From the NCBI GenBank assembly GCA_020633295.1, contig JACKDW010000006.1, forward strand, positions 398,181-462,180: DNA of 64,000 nt, in the 5' to 3' direction. This DNA comes from Myxococcales bacterium. Lineage in GTDB: Bacteria > Myxococcota_A > Polyangia > Nannocystales > Nannocystaceae. The notes below the pieces were generated by a model. The model had not been told where the DNA came from and did no database searches. It saw only the letters and a program-made list of their open reading frames with translations. Positions 1 through 10,489 of this stretch are shown piece after piece (the first letter of the stretch is position 1; each line of letters starts with the position of its first letter). Made by a program: the position numbers and the translations under genes.

Positions 1-214
1 GGCGATGCGCGCGGTCTTTGGCAATCGCGCGCGCTTTCAACCCCGCGCCCCCGATCGCGCGCGACGTCGGGACGCTCGCGGACGTCGCGCGTGCTATAGT
101 GAGCGCCCGCTCCATGCCCTCACGAGGTCCCACGCAGTGACGGCCGCTCAACCCGAAGCAGGGCCCGAGGTCGGACTGTCGCCGGGTTTGTCGTCCCTCG
201 GCGCGATCCCGACG

Positions 215-1882
<1,668 letters not shown>

Positions 1883-1889
1883 CGCGGGG

Positions 1890-2195
1890 ATGGCCGCGCA
1901 GCTCCGGATCGAGGACGCGTTCAACTTCACGGCCCACGCCGGGATCGCCGTCGGCGTGCTCGAGGGCGCCACGCTCCGTGTCGGTGACGCGGCCTCGATC
2001 CCGGCGTCGGCCACCAGGCCCGCGCGGCGCGGCGTCGTCGTCGGCATCGAGATGTTTCGCCGGCGCGTCGACGAGGCGGAGCCAGGCGACCGCGTGGGCG
2101 TGCTGATCGGGGGCCTGCGCGGGCGCGAGTTCGATCGCGGGGAGCTCGTGACCTTCACGCCCCAGCGCGCCGCGCCAGCCCCCGATCAACACTAA
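1890..2195 (+). CDS. Small stand-alone protein resembling EF-Tu domain II (beta-barrel)
   Basis: The 101 aa read by eye like EF-Tu domain 2: RIEDAFNFT.. then GVVVGIEMFRRRVDEAEPGDRVGVLIGGLRGREFDRGELVTF, compared with EF-Tu [36 protein letters not shown]. ATG lies 8 nt after the kinase stop codon. Confidence 0.55.
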   Translation: MAAQLRIEDAFNFTAHAGIAVGVLEGATLRVGDAASIPASATRPARRGVVVGIEMFRRRVDEAEPGDRVGVLIGGLRGREFDRGELVTFTPQRAAPAPDQH

Positions 2196-2208
2196 CAATT
2201 TCAGCGTC

Positions 2209-3021
2209 TTGGCGGATTTCTCGGCGGCGCTCGTCCAACTGGGCATGACCACCGAGAACGCTCCGCTCAGCAACACCGCTGCCCTCATCATCGGCGCCAC
2301 GCGCGGCCTCGGCCGCGGGATCGCGCTCGCGCTCGCGCGCGCCGGCGCCACCGTCACCGCCGTCGGCCGCAGCGAGGACGCGCTCGCCTCCCTCGAGCTG
2401 GAGGGCGCGGGACGAATCGACGTGGTGCGCGGCGACGCGACCGACGCGGCGCTGGCCCGCGCGCTGCTGCGCGAGCGCAGGCCGAACGCGCTGTTCATGG
2501 TCGCCGGCGCGACCCCCCGCATGGCGCCGCTGCGCGACTACACGTGGGAGCAGCTCAGCGCGCCGTGGACGGTCGACGTCAAGGCGGCGTTCGTGTGGCT
2601 GCAGGCCGTGTTGACGACGCCGATGGCCGCCGGGGGCCGCGTGGTCCTCGTCTCGAGCGGCGCCGCGCTGCACGGCTCACCGCTCTCGGGGGGCTACGCC
2701 GGCGCGAAGCAGACGCAGCGCTTCCTCGCCCAGTACGCGCGCGGGGAGGCCGAGGAGGCGGGCCTCGAGCTGCGCGTGCAGTGTCTGCTGCCGCAGCTGA
2801 ACCCGAACACGGCGCTCGGGCGCGCGGGGGTCGAGGCCTACGCGGCGCGGGCCGGCCTCGACCCCGAGACCTTCGTCGCGCGCCGCTTCGGCGACACGCC
2901 GCTGTCGCCGGCGCGCGCGGGTCAGGCTGCGGTCGAGCTGCTGCGAGACCCGTCGCGCGCCGAGCCCGACGAGTTCATGCTGCTCGGCGAGGGGCTGCGC
3001 GCGCTCCCGTCGAAGGGCTAG
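2209..3021 (+). CDS. Short-chain dehydrogenase/reductase (SDR) family oxidoreductase
   Basis: Rossmann motif IIGATRGLGRGIA, catalytic YAGAK (YxxxK) and the spacing between them. An alternative start is at 2245 (MTTENAPL). Confidence 0.8.
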   Translation: MADFSAALVQLGMTTENAPLSNTAALIIGATRGLGRGIALALARAGATVTAVGRSEDALASLELEGAGRIDVVRGDATDAALARALLRERRPNALFMVAGATPRMAPLRDYTWEQLSAPWTVDVKAAFVWLQAVLTTPMAAGGRVVLVSSGAALHGSPLSGGYAGAKQTQRFLAQYARGEAEEAGLELRVQCLLPQLNPNTALGRAGVEAYAARAGLDPETFVARRFGDTPLSPARAGQAAVELLRDPSRAEPDEFMLLGEGLRALPSKG

Positions 3022-3077
3022 CCGGTCGTGGCGGGGTCGTGGGGAGGTTGCGGCGCGGCCGGAGACGGAGGACGATC

Positions 3078-3893
3078 ATGCACATGGCGAAACAAGCAGC
3101 TCGCGCGGACGAGACCGCGCGCGTCGCCGCGGCGCGGGCCGGCGAGGCGGGGGCCTTCGACGCGCTCGTCCGCCCGCTGCTGCCGCGGCTCAACGCGTTC
3201 GCGTACCGCATGGTCGCGCACCCGGAGGACGCGGCCGAGCTGGTCCAGGACGCGCTGCTCAAGGCGCACCAGCGGCTGGCGAGCTTCCGCGGCGACGCGA
3301 GCTTCTCGACCTGGCTGTTCGCGATCCTCACGCGCCGCTGCCTCGACCACCTCAACGCGCGCAGGCGCTGGCGCCGGGACGCGCAGGCGCACACCCGGGA
3401 GAGCCCGGACGCGCCCCATCACCGCGTCGGCGCGGAGCTGCGCAGACCCGAGGCGCGCTTCGAAGCGCGCGAGCACATCGCGTTCTGCTTCTCGTGCGTG
3501 AGCCGCTCGCTGCCGCCGGAGGAGGCCGCGGCGATCTTCCTGCGCGAGGTGTTCGGCTTCAAGAACCGCGAGGCCGCGCGCGTCTGCGGCGTGAGCGAGT
3601 CGGTGCTGCGCCACCGCCTGTCCGCCGGGCGACAGGCGATGCAGGACGCCTTCGACGACCTGTGCGGGCTCGTCAACAAGCGCGGCGTGTGTCACCAGTG
3701 CGCCGGGCTGCGGGACCACGCGCCCGCCGAGAACCGCGGCGCGCCGCCGCCGGATCTGTCGGGCGCGCGCGACGACGCGTACCGGCGACGCCTGACGATC
3801 GTCCAGGACGCGGATCTCGAGTCCGGGAGCTCCGCCGCGCTCCACCGCCTGATGTTCCGGGCGGTCGACGCCGTGGAGCGAGCGGCGCGCTGA
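3078..3893 (+). CDS. ECF (sigma-70 family) RNA polymerase sigma factor with a Cys-containing C-terminal extension
   Basis: Region 2-like LVQDALLKAHQRLASFRGDASFSTWLFAI and region 4-like REVFGFKNREAARVCGVSESVLRHRLSAGRQ. Two CxxC motifs (CFSC, CHQC). GGAG-containing sequence precedes the ATG at 3078. The track ORF from 2544 overlaps the SDR and is taken to be an upstream extension. Confidence 0.8.
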   Translation: MHMAKQAARADETARVAAARAGEAGAFDALVRPLLPRLNAFAYRMVAHPEDAAELVQDALLKAHQRLASFRGDASFSTWLFAILTRRCLDHLNARRRWRRDAQAHTRESPDAPHHRVGAELRRPEARFEAREHIAFCFSCVSRSLPPEEAAAIFLREVFGFKNREAARVCGVSESVLRHRLSAGRQAMQDAFDDLCGLVNKRGVCHQCAGLRDHAPAENRGAPPPDLSGARDDAYRRRLTIVQDADLESGSSAALHRLMFRAVDAVERAAR

Positions 3894-3942
3894 GGGCGTC
3901 GCGCGCGGCCGCGACGCGGACGTTCACCCGCGATACACTCGC

Positions 3943-5049
3943 GTGATGTGGAGGCGCCGCGTCTGCGGGCTCGTGCTCGGAGTCGGCGCGCTCGGCTGCG
4001 CGACCGCAGCGAGCGACGCGACGTCGACACCAGGCGAGGCGTGCTCGCGCGTGACGGTGGAGGCCGACACGCGGCTCCGAACCCGACGCGGGCTGCGAGG
4101 CAGCCGAGACGCCACGGCGCTGTGGATCGACCCGGCGGGCGTCCCCCGCGTGACGTGGACCCGCACGTGGTGGAGCGCCAGCACGCGGGGGCGCGCGCAC
4201 CGGGAGCTGGTCCACGCGCGCCCGTCGGGTCGGCGCTTCGTCGTGACGGCCGAGCCGGCGCCTCCGACGTGGTCCCGCGTCCCCGACGAGGCGCGCTTCG
4301 ACGGCGCGCGCTGGTACGCCGTCCGCCGCGGGCCGGGCCCCGAGCAAGAGCTCTGGAGCGGACCGCCGTGGCGCGCGGTCGTCGACCTGCGCGGACAGAG
4401 TCTGTTCCCGCTGCGGCTGGGGCGCGACGGCAGCCTGCTGCTCGTCACGCTCGACGCCGAGCGCGGGACGTCGGCGCCCTTTCGCGCTCGACGGCTCGTC
4501 GCGGGCGAGGTCGTTGAGGACCGCGAGCAGGCGACCCGCGAGGCGATCGAGGACGCCTGGAGTCGTCACGGCGAGCCCCGCTCACCTCGAGTCGTCGACG
4601 GGCGCGTTGAGCTCCTGGCCGCCGACGGGTGGACGCCGCTCCCGCTCCAGTGGCCGACATCGATCCCGCGTGATCCCGAATTCGACAGCCTGGACGTCGC
4701 CTCGCGGGACGGCCGGGCCTTCGTCGTCGGCCTCGCGTGGCGACCGCGAGGGCCGGCGATCGAGCACGAGCACGCGCACCGCGACGGCGCCCCGTCCACG
4801 ACGTACCGCGACGAGCGCGTCGGCGCGGGGACGCTCGTGGTCTGGCCGATCCGCGATCACGGGGCCCCGCCGATCGTCGCGCGCGGGCTCCGACTCCACG
4901 AGCATCAGCGGCCGAGCGTCGCGCTCGGCCCGCGCGGCGAGCTGCACGTGCTGCTCCACGACGCGTACGCCTCGGGCTTCGCCAACGATCGCTACGTCCG
5001 CCTGCGCTGCGAGCCCGCGCGCGCGCCGGACGAACAACATGACCCATAG
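3943..5049 (+). CDS. Hypothetical lipoprotein
   Basis: N-terminal signal with lipobox (LVLGVGALGC). Non-degenerate composition. Sits directly downstream of the ECF sigma gene. Confidence 0.5.
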   Translation: MMWRRRVCGLVLGVGALGCATAASDATSTPGEACSRVTVEADTRLRTRRGLRGSRDATALWIDPAGVPRVTWTRTWWSASTRGRAHRELVHARPSGRRFVVTAEPAPPTWSRVPDEARFDGARWYAVRRGPGPEQELWSGPPWRAVVDLRGQSLFPLRLGRDGSLLLVTLDAERGTSAPFRARRLVAGEVVEDREQATREAIEDAWSRHGEPRSPRVVDGRVELLAADGWTPLPLQWPTSIPRDPEFDSLDVASRDGRAFVVGLAWRPRGPAIEHEHAHRDGAPSTTYRDERVGAGTLVVWPIRDHGAPPIVARGLRLHEHQRPSVALGPRGELHVLLHDAYASGFANDRYVRLRCEPARAPDEQHDP

Positions 5050-5099
5050 AGCATATTAAACCTCGCGCGCCGGTCGTCGCGCGCGTCCCCGCGTCGTCG

Positions 5100-5849
5100 T
5101 CACTCGCCGTCGGGGCGCGTCGCCTGCAGCTCGATGTCGAGGCCGATCGTGAGCGACGGGCCGCCGCCCTGCGCCCGCAGCTCGAGCTCGGACTTCAGCG
5201 CCATCTCGACCCACTGCGGGAACAGCTCGTCGAGCTCGAGGCGCATGCGGCCCGTCCCCTCGGCCGCGTAGGACACCAGCTCGACGCGCGCGCCGGCGAG
5301 CTCTGCGGGCGCCGTGATCGGCTGCGGCTCCGCGGACTGCACCACTTCGAACGCCAGCTCGAGCTCGTCGCCGCGGCGCGACCGCAGCTGGCAGATCGCG
5401 GTGTGCAGCAGCGAGATCCCGTCCTTGCGCGAGCGCGGCGCGCTCACCGACCAGCGCGCGCCCTCGCCGATCGGCTCGTCGGGGAGCGGCACCGTCAGCT
5501 GCGACAGCGTCTCCCGCAGACCCTCGATCGTGCCTCGGAGCTCGCGCGACGCCTCCTCGCCCGCGAGCGCGTCGGGGAGCTCGACCTCGGCCTCGCGCAC
5601 CACCCCGCGCGCGTCGATCAGCAGGTAGCCGCGCGCGCCCTTGAGCCGCGGGAGCTGCTGCCGGAGCGCGCGCGCGGCCGTAGCGATCTGACCTGGCTCT
5701 TCGAGCACCAGCGCGTCGAGCAGCTCGACCTCGCCGTGGCGCGCGCCGCCCTCGGCCTCGCCGCCCATGGTGATCCGCATCGTCGTGCGCGTGCGCGGCA
5801 GCTTGAGCGAGAGGGGGCCGCCGCGCAGCGTCACGCGCATGTCGATCAC
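5100..5849 (-). CDS. Hypothetical secreted acidic protein; probably extends to about 6313 through a frameshift (possible pseudogene or sequencing error)
   Basis: The same frame stays open upstream of the GTG at 5849 through an Asp-rich stretch (HEDDDDDERDDDEVRRERGDDDDDELDW) with no in-frame start until a stop at 6324-6326. A classic signal peptide (MSRRWIYALLAACGLALALVLALG) begins at 6313 in a different frame. Confidence 0.45.
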   Translation of the reverse strand: MIDMRVTLRGGPLSLKLPRTRTTMRITMGGEAEGGARHGEVELLDALVLEEPGQIATAARALRQQLPRLKGARGYLLIDARGVVREAEVELPDALAGEEASRELRGTIEGLRETLSQLTVPLPDEPIGEGARWSVSAPRSRKDGISLLHTAICQLRSRRGDELELAFEVVQSAEPQPITAPAELAGARVELVSYAAEGTGRMRLELDELFPQWVEMALKSELELRAQGGGPSLTIGLDIELQATRPDGE

Positions 5850-6337
5850 GAGCGTCTGCGCCTCGCCTTCCTGCGGCGCGTAGCGGACCGGCGCGCGCGA
5901 GCCCCCCGCGCCGCCGCCGGCCTCGAGCAGCGCGACCTCGGGCTCCGGCGGCGACCAGTCGAGTTCGTCGTCATCGTCGTCACCGCGCTCGCGGCGGACT
6001 TCGTCGTCGTCGCGTTCGTCGTCGTCGTCGTCTTCGTGCCCGCCGGCCCCGCCCGTCGCGCCCTCGTGGTCGTCGCGCCGCGAGGCGTCGAGCAGCGCCT
6101 GCGCCCGCGCCTGCGCCCGCTGCCGCCGCGCCTGCGCCCGCGAGCCCGCGTCCTCGGACTCCGCGCTCGTCGTGCGCCCGCCTGCGCGCGCTCCGAGGCC
6201 GCCGCGTCGACCTGCGCCCCGCCGGGCGTCGCCGCGGAGCGGCCGAGCGCGAGCACGAGCGCGAGCGCGAGGCCGCAGGCGGCGAGCAGCGCGTAGATCC
6301 AGCGGCGCGACATCTCGGTGATGCTACACGAAGCGAA

Positions 6338-8596
6338 TCAGTCGACGCGCACCACCGTCGCCTCGCCGAGGCCGCGGGTCAGCGCCCGCTCGAGCCGGGC
6401 CGCGAGCCCGGTGTAGCGACGGGCCGCGTCGCCCCGGCGCACGGCCTGCGAGATCGCCCGCGGGTCGCCGACGACGACGCACAGCCGACGCGCGCGCGTG
6501 ATCGCGGTGTACAGGAGGTTGCGGCGCAGCATCACGTGGTGCTCGCCGAGCAGCGGCACGATCACCGCCGGGAACTCGCTGCCCTGGCTCTTGTGGATCG
6601 AGATCGCGTAGGCGAGCTGCAGCGACGAGATCTGCTTGTGGTCGTAGTTCAGCGGCACGCCGTCGACCTCGACGACGAGCGAGCGCTCCTCGGGGTCGAC
6701 GTGCGAGACCACGCCGATGTCGCCGTTGAACACGCCGCGCTCGTGGTCGTTGCGGATCTGCATGACGCGGTCGCCGACCCGGAACAGCCGCGGCGGCGCG
6801 CGCCCGATGCCCGGCAGCTCGAGCTCGCGGGCGCCCGCGGTGTGGTGGGCCTGCAGCGCGAGGTTGAACGCGAGCGTGCCGGCGCGGCCCTTGTGCATCG
6901 GGCACAGGATCTGGACGTCGTTGCGGGCGTCGAGCTTGTAGGCCTCGGGCGCGCGCTCGACCGCGATCTTGACGACGAGCTCGTGGGCTCGCTGGGGGTC
7001 GCGCGCGCTGACGACGAAGAACTCGCCGGCGGCGTCGCTGTCGGGGTCGGGGCGCTCGCCGCGGAGCACGCGGTGCGCGTTGCGGACGATCGAGGAGCCC
7101 TCGGCCTGGCGGAAGATCTGGTTGAGGCGGACCACCGGGATCGGCGAGCTCGGGCGCTCGGCGGCGGCGATGATGTCGCGCAGGACGTTGCCGGGGCCGA
7201 CCGAGGGCAGCTGATCGATGTCGCCGACGATCAGCAGGCGGTGCTCGGGCGTCAGCGCCGAGAGCAGCGCCTCGGCCAGCGGCAGGTCGAGCATCGAGGC
7301 CTCGTCGATGACGACCAGCCCCTGCGGCAGCGGGTTGTTGGTGTGGTACGTGAACGCGCCGCTGTCGCCCTGGATCTCGAGCAGGCGGTGGATCGTCGTC
7401 GCCCGCTGACCTGTCGCCTCGGACAGGCGCTTGGCCGCGCGCCCCGTCGGCGCGGCCAGGAACAGCTCGACCTTGTTGGCGACCGCCAGCTCGATGATCT
7501 GGCGCGTGACCGTGGTCTTGCCCGTGCCGGGGCCGCCGGTGAGGATCGCCAGCCCGGCCTCGGCGACCGCCTCGACGGCGCGCCGCTGACCCGGGCTCAG
7601 GGTCTCCGGCAGCGCGCCGACCGCCCACGGGGAGTGCGGGGCCACGGCGAGCTGCGCGAGCGCCCGCGCCACCGCGACCTCCGCGTCGACGAACGGCGCC
7701 GGGAACACCAGGAGCAGCGACTCGCCGCGCGTCTCCTGGATCAGCGCGTCCTCGGCGACCAGGCGCTCGACCCCCTCGCGCACGCGCGGGCCGGGCAGCT
7801 CGAGGATCTGCGCCGCGTTCATCACCAAGCGATCCAGCGGCAGCGCGCAGTGCCCCTCGGACTCGGCGCGCTCGAGCGTGTACAGCAGCCCCGCGTCGAC
7901 GCGCTCATCGGAGTCGAGCGAGACGCCGACGGCGCGGGCGATGCGATCCGCCGTCATGAAGCCGATCCCGCGGATGTCGCGGGCCAGGCGATACGGGCGC
8001 TCGCGGACCATATCTATGGCCTCTTCGCCGTAGCGGCGAAAGATCCGCGACGCGTGGTACACGGGGACCTCGAGCTCGATCAGCAGGTTCTCGACCGCCG
8101 CCTCCGGCCCGTGGCGCGACTCGTGGTACTCGAGCACGCGCTCGAGGGTCTTCTCGCCGATGCCGCTGACCTCGAGCAGGCGCCGCGGCTGGCGATCGAG
8201 GATCGTCAGCGTGTCCGCGCCGAAGCGCTGGATAATCCGCTCGGCGCGATCGGGCCCGAGCCCGGGGTAGCGCTCGAGTCGCCGCTGGATCCCCGCGGTC
8301 GTCGTCGGCGCCTTGATCACGAGCCGGGCGAAGCGAAACTGTCGCCCGTACGTCGGGTGGTCGGCCCACTCGCCCGCGGCCGAGACCTCGGCGTCCTCCT
8401 CGACGCCGCGGGTTCGCCCGACCCAAGTAGCGACCTCCTGGGCGCCGGGCGAGCGCACGCGCAGGATCGTGAAGCGCGAGTCCGCGAAGTACCGCGAGCT
8501 GACGACGACCCCCTCGAGCTGCTCCTCCTCGGACTCCGCGCCTTTCGCGCGAGACCCGCCGACCCCATCGAAGCCGTGAAATCCTCCACTCACCAT
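6338..8596 (-). CDS. recD2: RecD2-type ATP-dependent DNA helicase (RecD-like, SF1B)
   Basis: Walker A GGPGTGKTT, VIDEASM, helicase motif SIHKSQGSEF, TAITRAR, HhH-like N-terminal region. The start is placed at the internal ATG (MVSGGFHG); the Arg-rich upstream extension to 9058 is judged non-coding. Confidence 0.85.
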   Translation of the reverse strand: MVSGGFHGFDGVGGSRAKGAESEEEQLEGVVVSSRYFADSRFTILRVRSPGAQEVATWVGRTRGVEEDAEVSAAGEWADHPTYGRQFRFARLVIKAPTTTAGIQRRLERYPGLGPDRAERIIQRFGADTLTILDRQPRRLLEVSGIGEKTLERVLEYHESRHGPEAAVENLLIELEVPVYHASRIFRRYGEEAIDMVRERPYRLARDIRGIGFMTADRIARAVGVSLDSDERVDAGLLYTLERAESEGHCALPLDRLVMNAAQILELPGPRVREGVERLVAEDALIQETRGESLLLVFPAPFVDAEVAVARALAQLAVAPHSPWAVGALPETLSPGQRRAVEAVAEAGLAILTGGPGTGKTTVTRQIIELAVANKVELFLAAPTGRAAKRLSEATGQRATTIHRLLEIQGDSGAFTYHTNNPLPQGLVVIDEASMLDLPLAEALLSALTPEHRLLIVGDIDQLPSVGPGNVLRDIIAAAERPSSPIPVVRLNQIFRQAEGSSIVRNAHRVLRGERPDPDSDAAGEFFVVSARDPQRAHELVVKIAVERAPEAYKLDARNDVQILCPMHKGRAGTLAFNLALQAHHTAGARELELPGIGRAPPRLFRVGDRVMQIRNDHERGVFNGDIGVVSHVDPEERSLVVEVDGVPLNYDHKQISSLQLAYAISIHKSQGSEFPAVIVPLLGEHHVMLRRNLLYTAITRARRLCVVVGDPRAISQAVRRGDAARRYTGLAARLERALTRGLGEATVVRVD

Positions 8597-8649
8597 CGCC
8601 GTCGGGCCTGCAGGGAGGCTTACCACGACCGCCGTGTCCACCGCTTGTT

Positions 8650-10431
8650 TCACGGCGCGCTGCCCGGTGACGAGCCGCCCTGCGGATGCGCCTGCCACAC
8701 ACCTGGACGATCGCAGCCGAAGGCGATCGCGGGTGTGGGCGACGAGATCACGCTCTGCCCGTTCGCGGATAACTCCTCCTCGGGCGCGCGTCGCGTGTCG
8801 ATCAACGTCCACGGTGCACCGGGCGCCATCGCGGCCCGCACGAGCGTGAGCGGCTCGCCGGCGTTCTTCAGCCCGCCGTCGGCGATCGACGAGTCGAGCG
8901 TCACGACCACCGCGTCGCTGGGCGGATCCGGGTCGGCCGGATCGCCCCACACGTAGCCGCTGCCGACCACCACCGTCCGCTGCCCCGGACGCGTGACAAA
9001 GCTCGGCAGCGCGTCTCCGGGCGTCGCGTCGGCCGGGAGCGCGCGCACCTCCGACCACGGGCGATCGACCACCCGCAGGTCCGAGATCGTCACCTCGTCA
9101 CCGTGCTCGCGCACGTCGAGCAGCTCGATGAACTCCTGACCCGGCTCCGCGCCGGCCGGGTTCCCGAGCACCTCGGCGATCGTCAGCGGGACGCTGAGGT
9201 CCGCCGCGCCGAGGTCGAGCGCGACCGTCTCCTCGGCCGTGTTGCCCGCCAGGTCACGGACCGTCAGGGACAGCTCGAGGGTCTCCGCGTCGCCGAGGTC
9301 CTCGCCCGGAACTCGGGCCGCGAGCTCCAGCTCGCCGGACGCCAGGACCTCGACCTGCGCGCCCGACGCCCATGACATCGTGAACACGACGGGCTCGGCC
9401 GTGGACACGCGCGCGTGCACACACGGTCCCTGCAGCTCGACCGTCGCGCCGGCCAGCGACGGCGGCTCCTCATCGAGCTCCTCCGCCGCCGTGAACCACT
9501 CCTGGACCGCGGGCGGCGCGACCGCGCGACCGAGGTGATCGCGCAGCGTCCCGCCGGCCACGCGATAGGTCATCAAGGGCTCGAGCGCGTGCTCGGGCCG
9601 CCAGGTCAGGCAGAACGCCGCCGGCCAGCCGTCGCAGCCGCGCGGCTCGATCAGCGCCACTCGCTGCCCGTCGACGCCCTCGAGCTCCACGGTCGCCGTG
9701 GCCTCGAGCGCCACCGGGCGCGCGAAGCTCGTCGTCACGCGCGCGAGGTTCGGCGGCACCCCTGCCCCGCCCGGCGCCGGCTCCACCAGGCGCGGCTCCG
9801 GGCCCGACGAGCCCTCGTGGGCCGTCACGAGGTCCCTTCGCCAGTGGCTCACGCGGCCGCTCGCGTCGACCAGGGGCGCGCCGCCGCGGTCCCGAACGCC
9901 GCCGAGGATCAGGCTGTAGCGCCAGCGCGGCGTCAAGGCCCGGGCCGGCTGCAGCCGCAGGCGCGTCGCCTCGCCGAGCTCCCCGTCCAGCAGCGTGACC
10001 TCCAGGGTCACTCGCGCCCCGTCCGGCGCGTACTCGCCGTCCAGGAGCGCCGCGAGGTCCGAGCTCGAAAGAGGATCCTCGAGGCAGCGGCCGCGCTCAC
10101 ACGATCCGCGCGCGCAGACCGGATCGCTGCGGCACTCGCCGACCTCCTCCCAGGGCACCAGCGCGAGCGCGCCGGGACCCAGGCTGGCCTCGTCCAGCGG
10201 CTCCGAGAGCTCCACCGTGATCTGCGGCCGAACCTCGACCTCGACCGTCCGCGGCGACGGCAGCGACGACGCGACCACGCGCGGGCCGTCTACATCAGCC
10301 GTCGGCGCGCCCAGGCAGGACGCCAGCGCGAGGCCGACGACCAGCGCGTACGCCTCGCGTCCGCGCGGCCGACCGGCGTGAAGCACGCGCGTGGAGACGG
10401 GCGCCGAGAGTCCGTGCATCACGGTGTGCAT
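8650..10431 (-). CDS. Lipoprotein with C-terminal lamin-tail-like (LTD) domain
   Basis: Signal and lipobox LALASCLGAP. C-terminal LTIAEVLGNPAGAEPGQEFIELLDVREHGDEVTISDLRVVD matches the LTD consensus (EVL.NP....NEFIEL.N). Diverged divergently from the next gene. Confidence 0.65.
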   Translation of the reverse strand: MHTVMHGLSAPVSTRVLHAGRPRGREAYALVVGLALASCLGAPTADVDGPRVVASSLPSPRTVEVEVRPQITVELSEPLDEASLGPGALALVPWEEVGECRSDPVCARGSCERGRCLEDPLSSSDLAALLDGEYAPDGARVTLEVTLLDGELGEATRLRLQPARALTPRWRYSLILGGVRDRGGAPLVDASGRVSHWRRDLVTAHEGSSGPEPRLVEPAPGGAGVPPNLARVTTSFARPVALEATATVELEGVDGQRVALIEPRGCDGWPAAFCLTWRPEHALEPLMTYRVAGGTLRDHLGRAVAPPAVQEWFTAAEELDEEPPSLAGATVELQGPCVHARVSTAEPVVFTMSWASGAQVEVLASGELELAARVPGEDLGDAETLELSLTVRDLAGNTAEETVALDLGAADLSVPLTIAEVLGNPAGAEPGQEFIELLDVREHGDEVTISDLRVVDRPWSEVRALPADATPGDALPSFVTRPGQRTVVVGSGYVWGDPADPDPPSDAVVVTLDSSIADGGLKNAGEPLTLVRAAMAPGAPWTLIDTRRAPEEELSANGQSVISSPTPAIAFGCDRPGVWQAHPQGGSSPGSAP

Positions 10432-10489
10432 CGGCCGTCGCGCTTCGGTGTTGCGCGCGCGCTCGCGTGGTTGAGCCGCTCGAGGATCC

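Noticed and set aside
2544-3077. N-terminal 178-aa extension of the ECF sigma ORF
   Set aside because: It overlaps the SDR gene in another frame and is Arg/Gly/Ala-rich. The internal ATG at 3078 is preceded by GGAG and yields a normal-length ECF sigma.
6536-8956. 806-aa ORF on the plus strand
   Set aside because: Antisense to the recD2 helicase gene. Low-complexity Arg/Ala/Asp/Leu composition.
8597-9058. N-terminal 154-aa extension of the recD2 ORF
   Set aside because: The extension is Arg/Ala/Gly-rich nonsense, and RecD2 orthologues begin near the internal Met (MVSGGFHG). It would also overlap the convergent lipoprotein gene.
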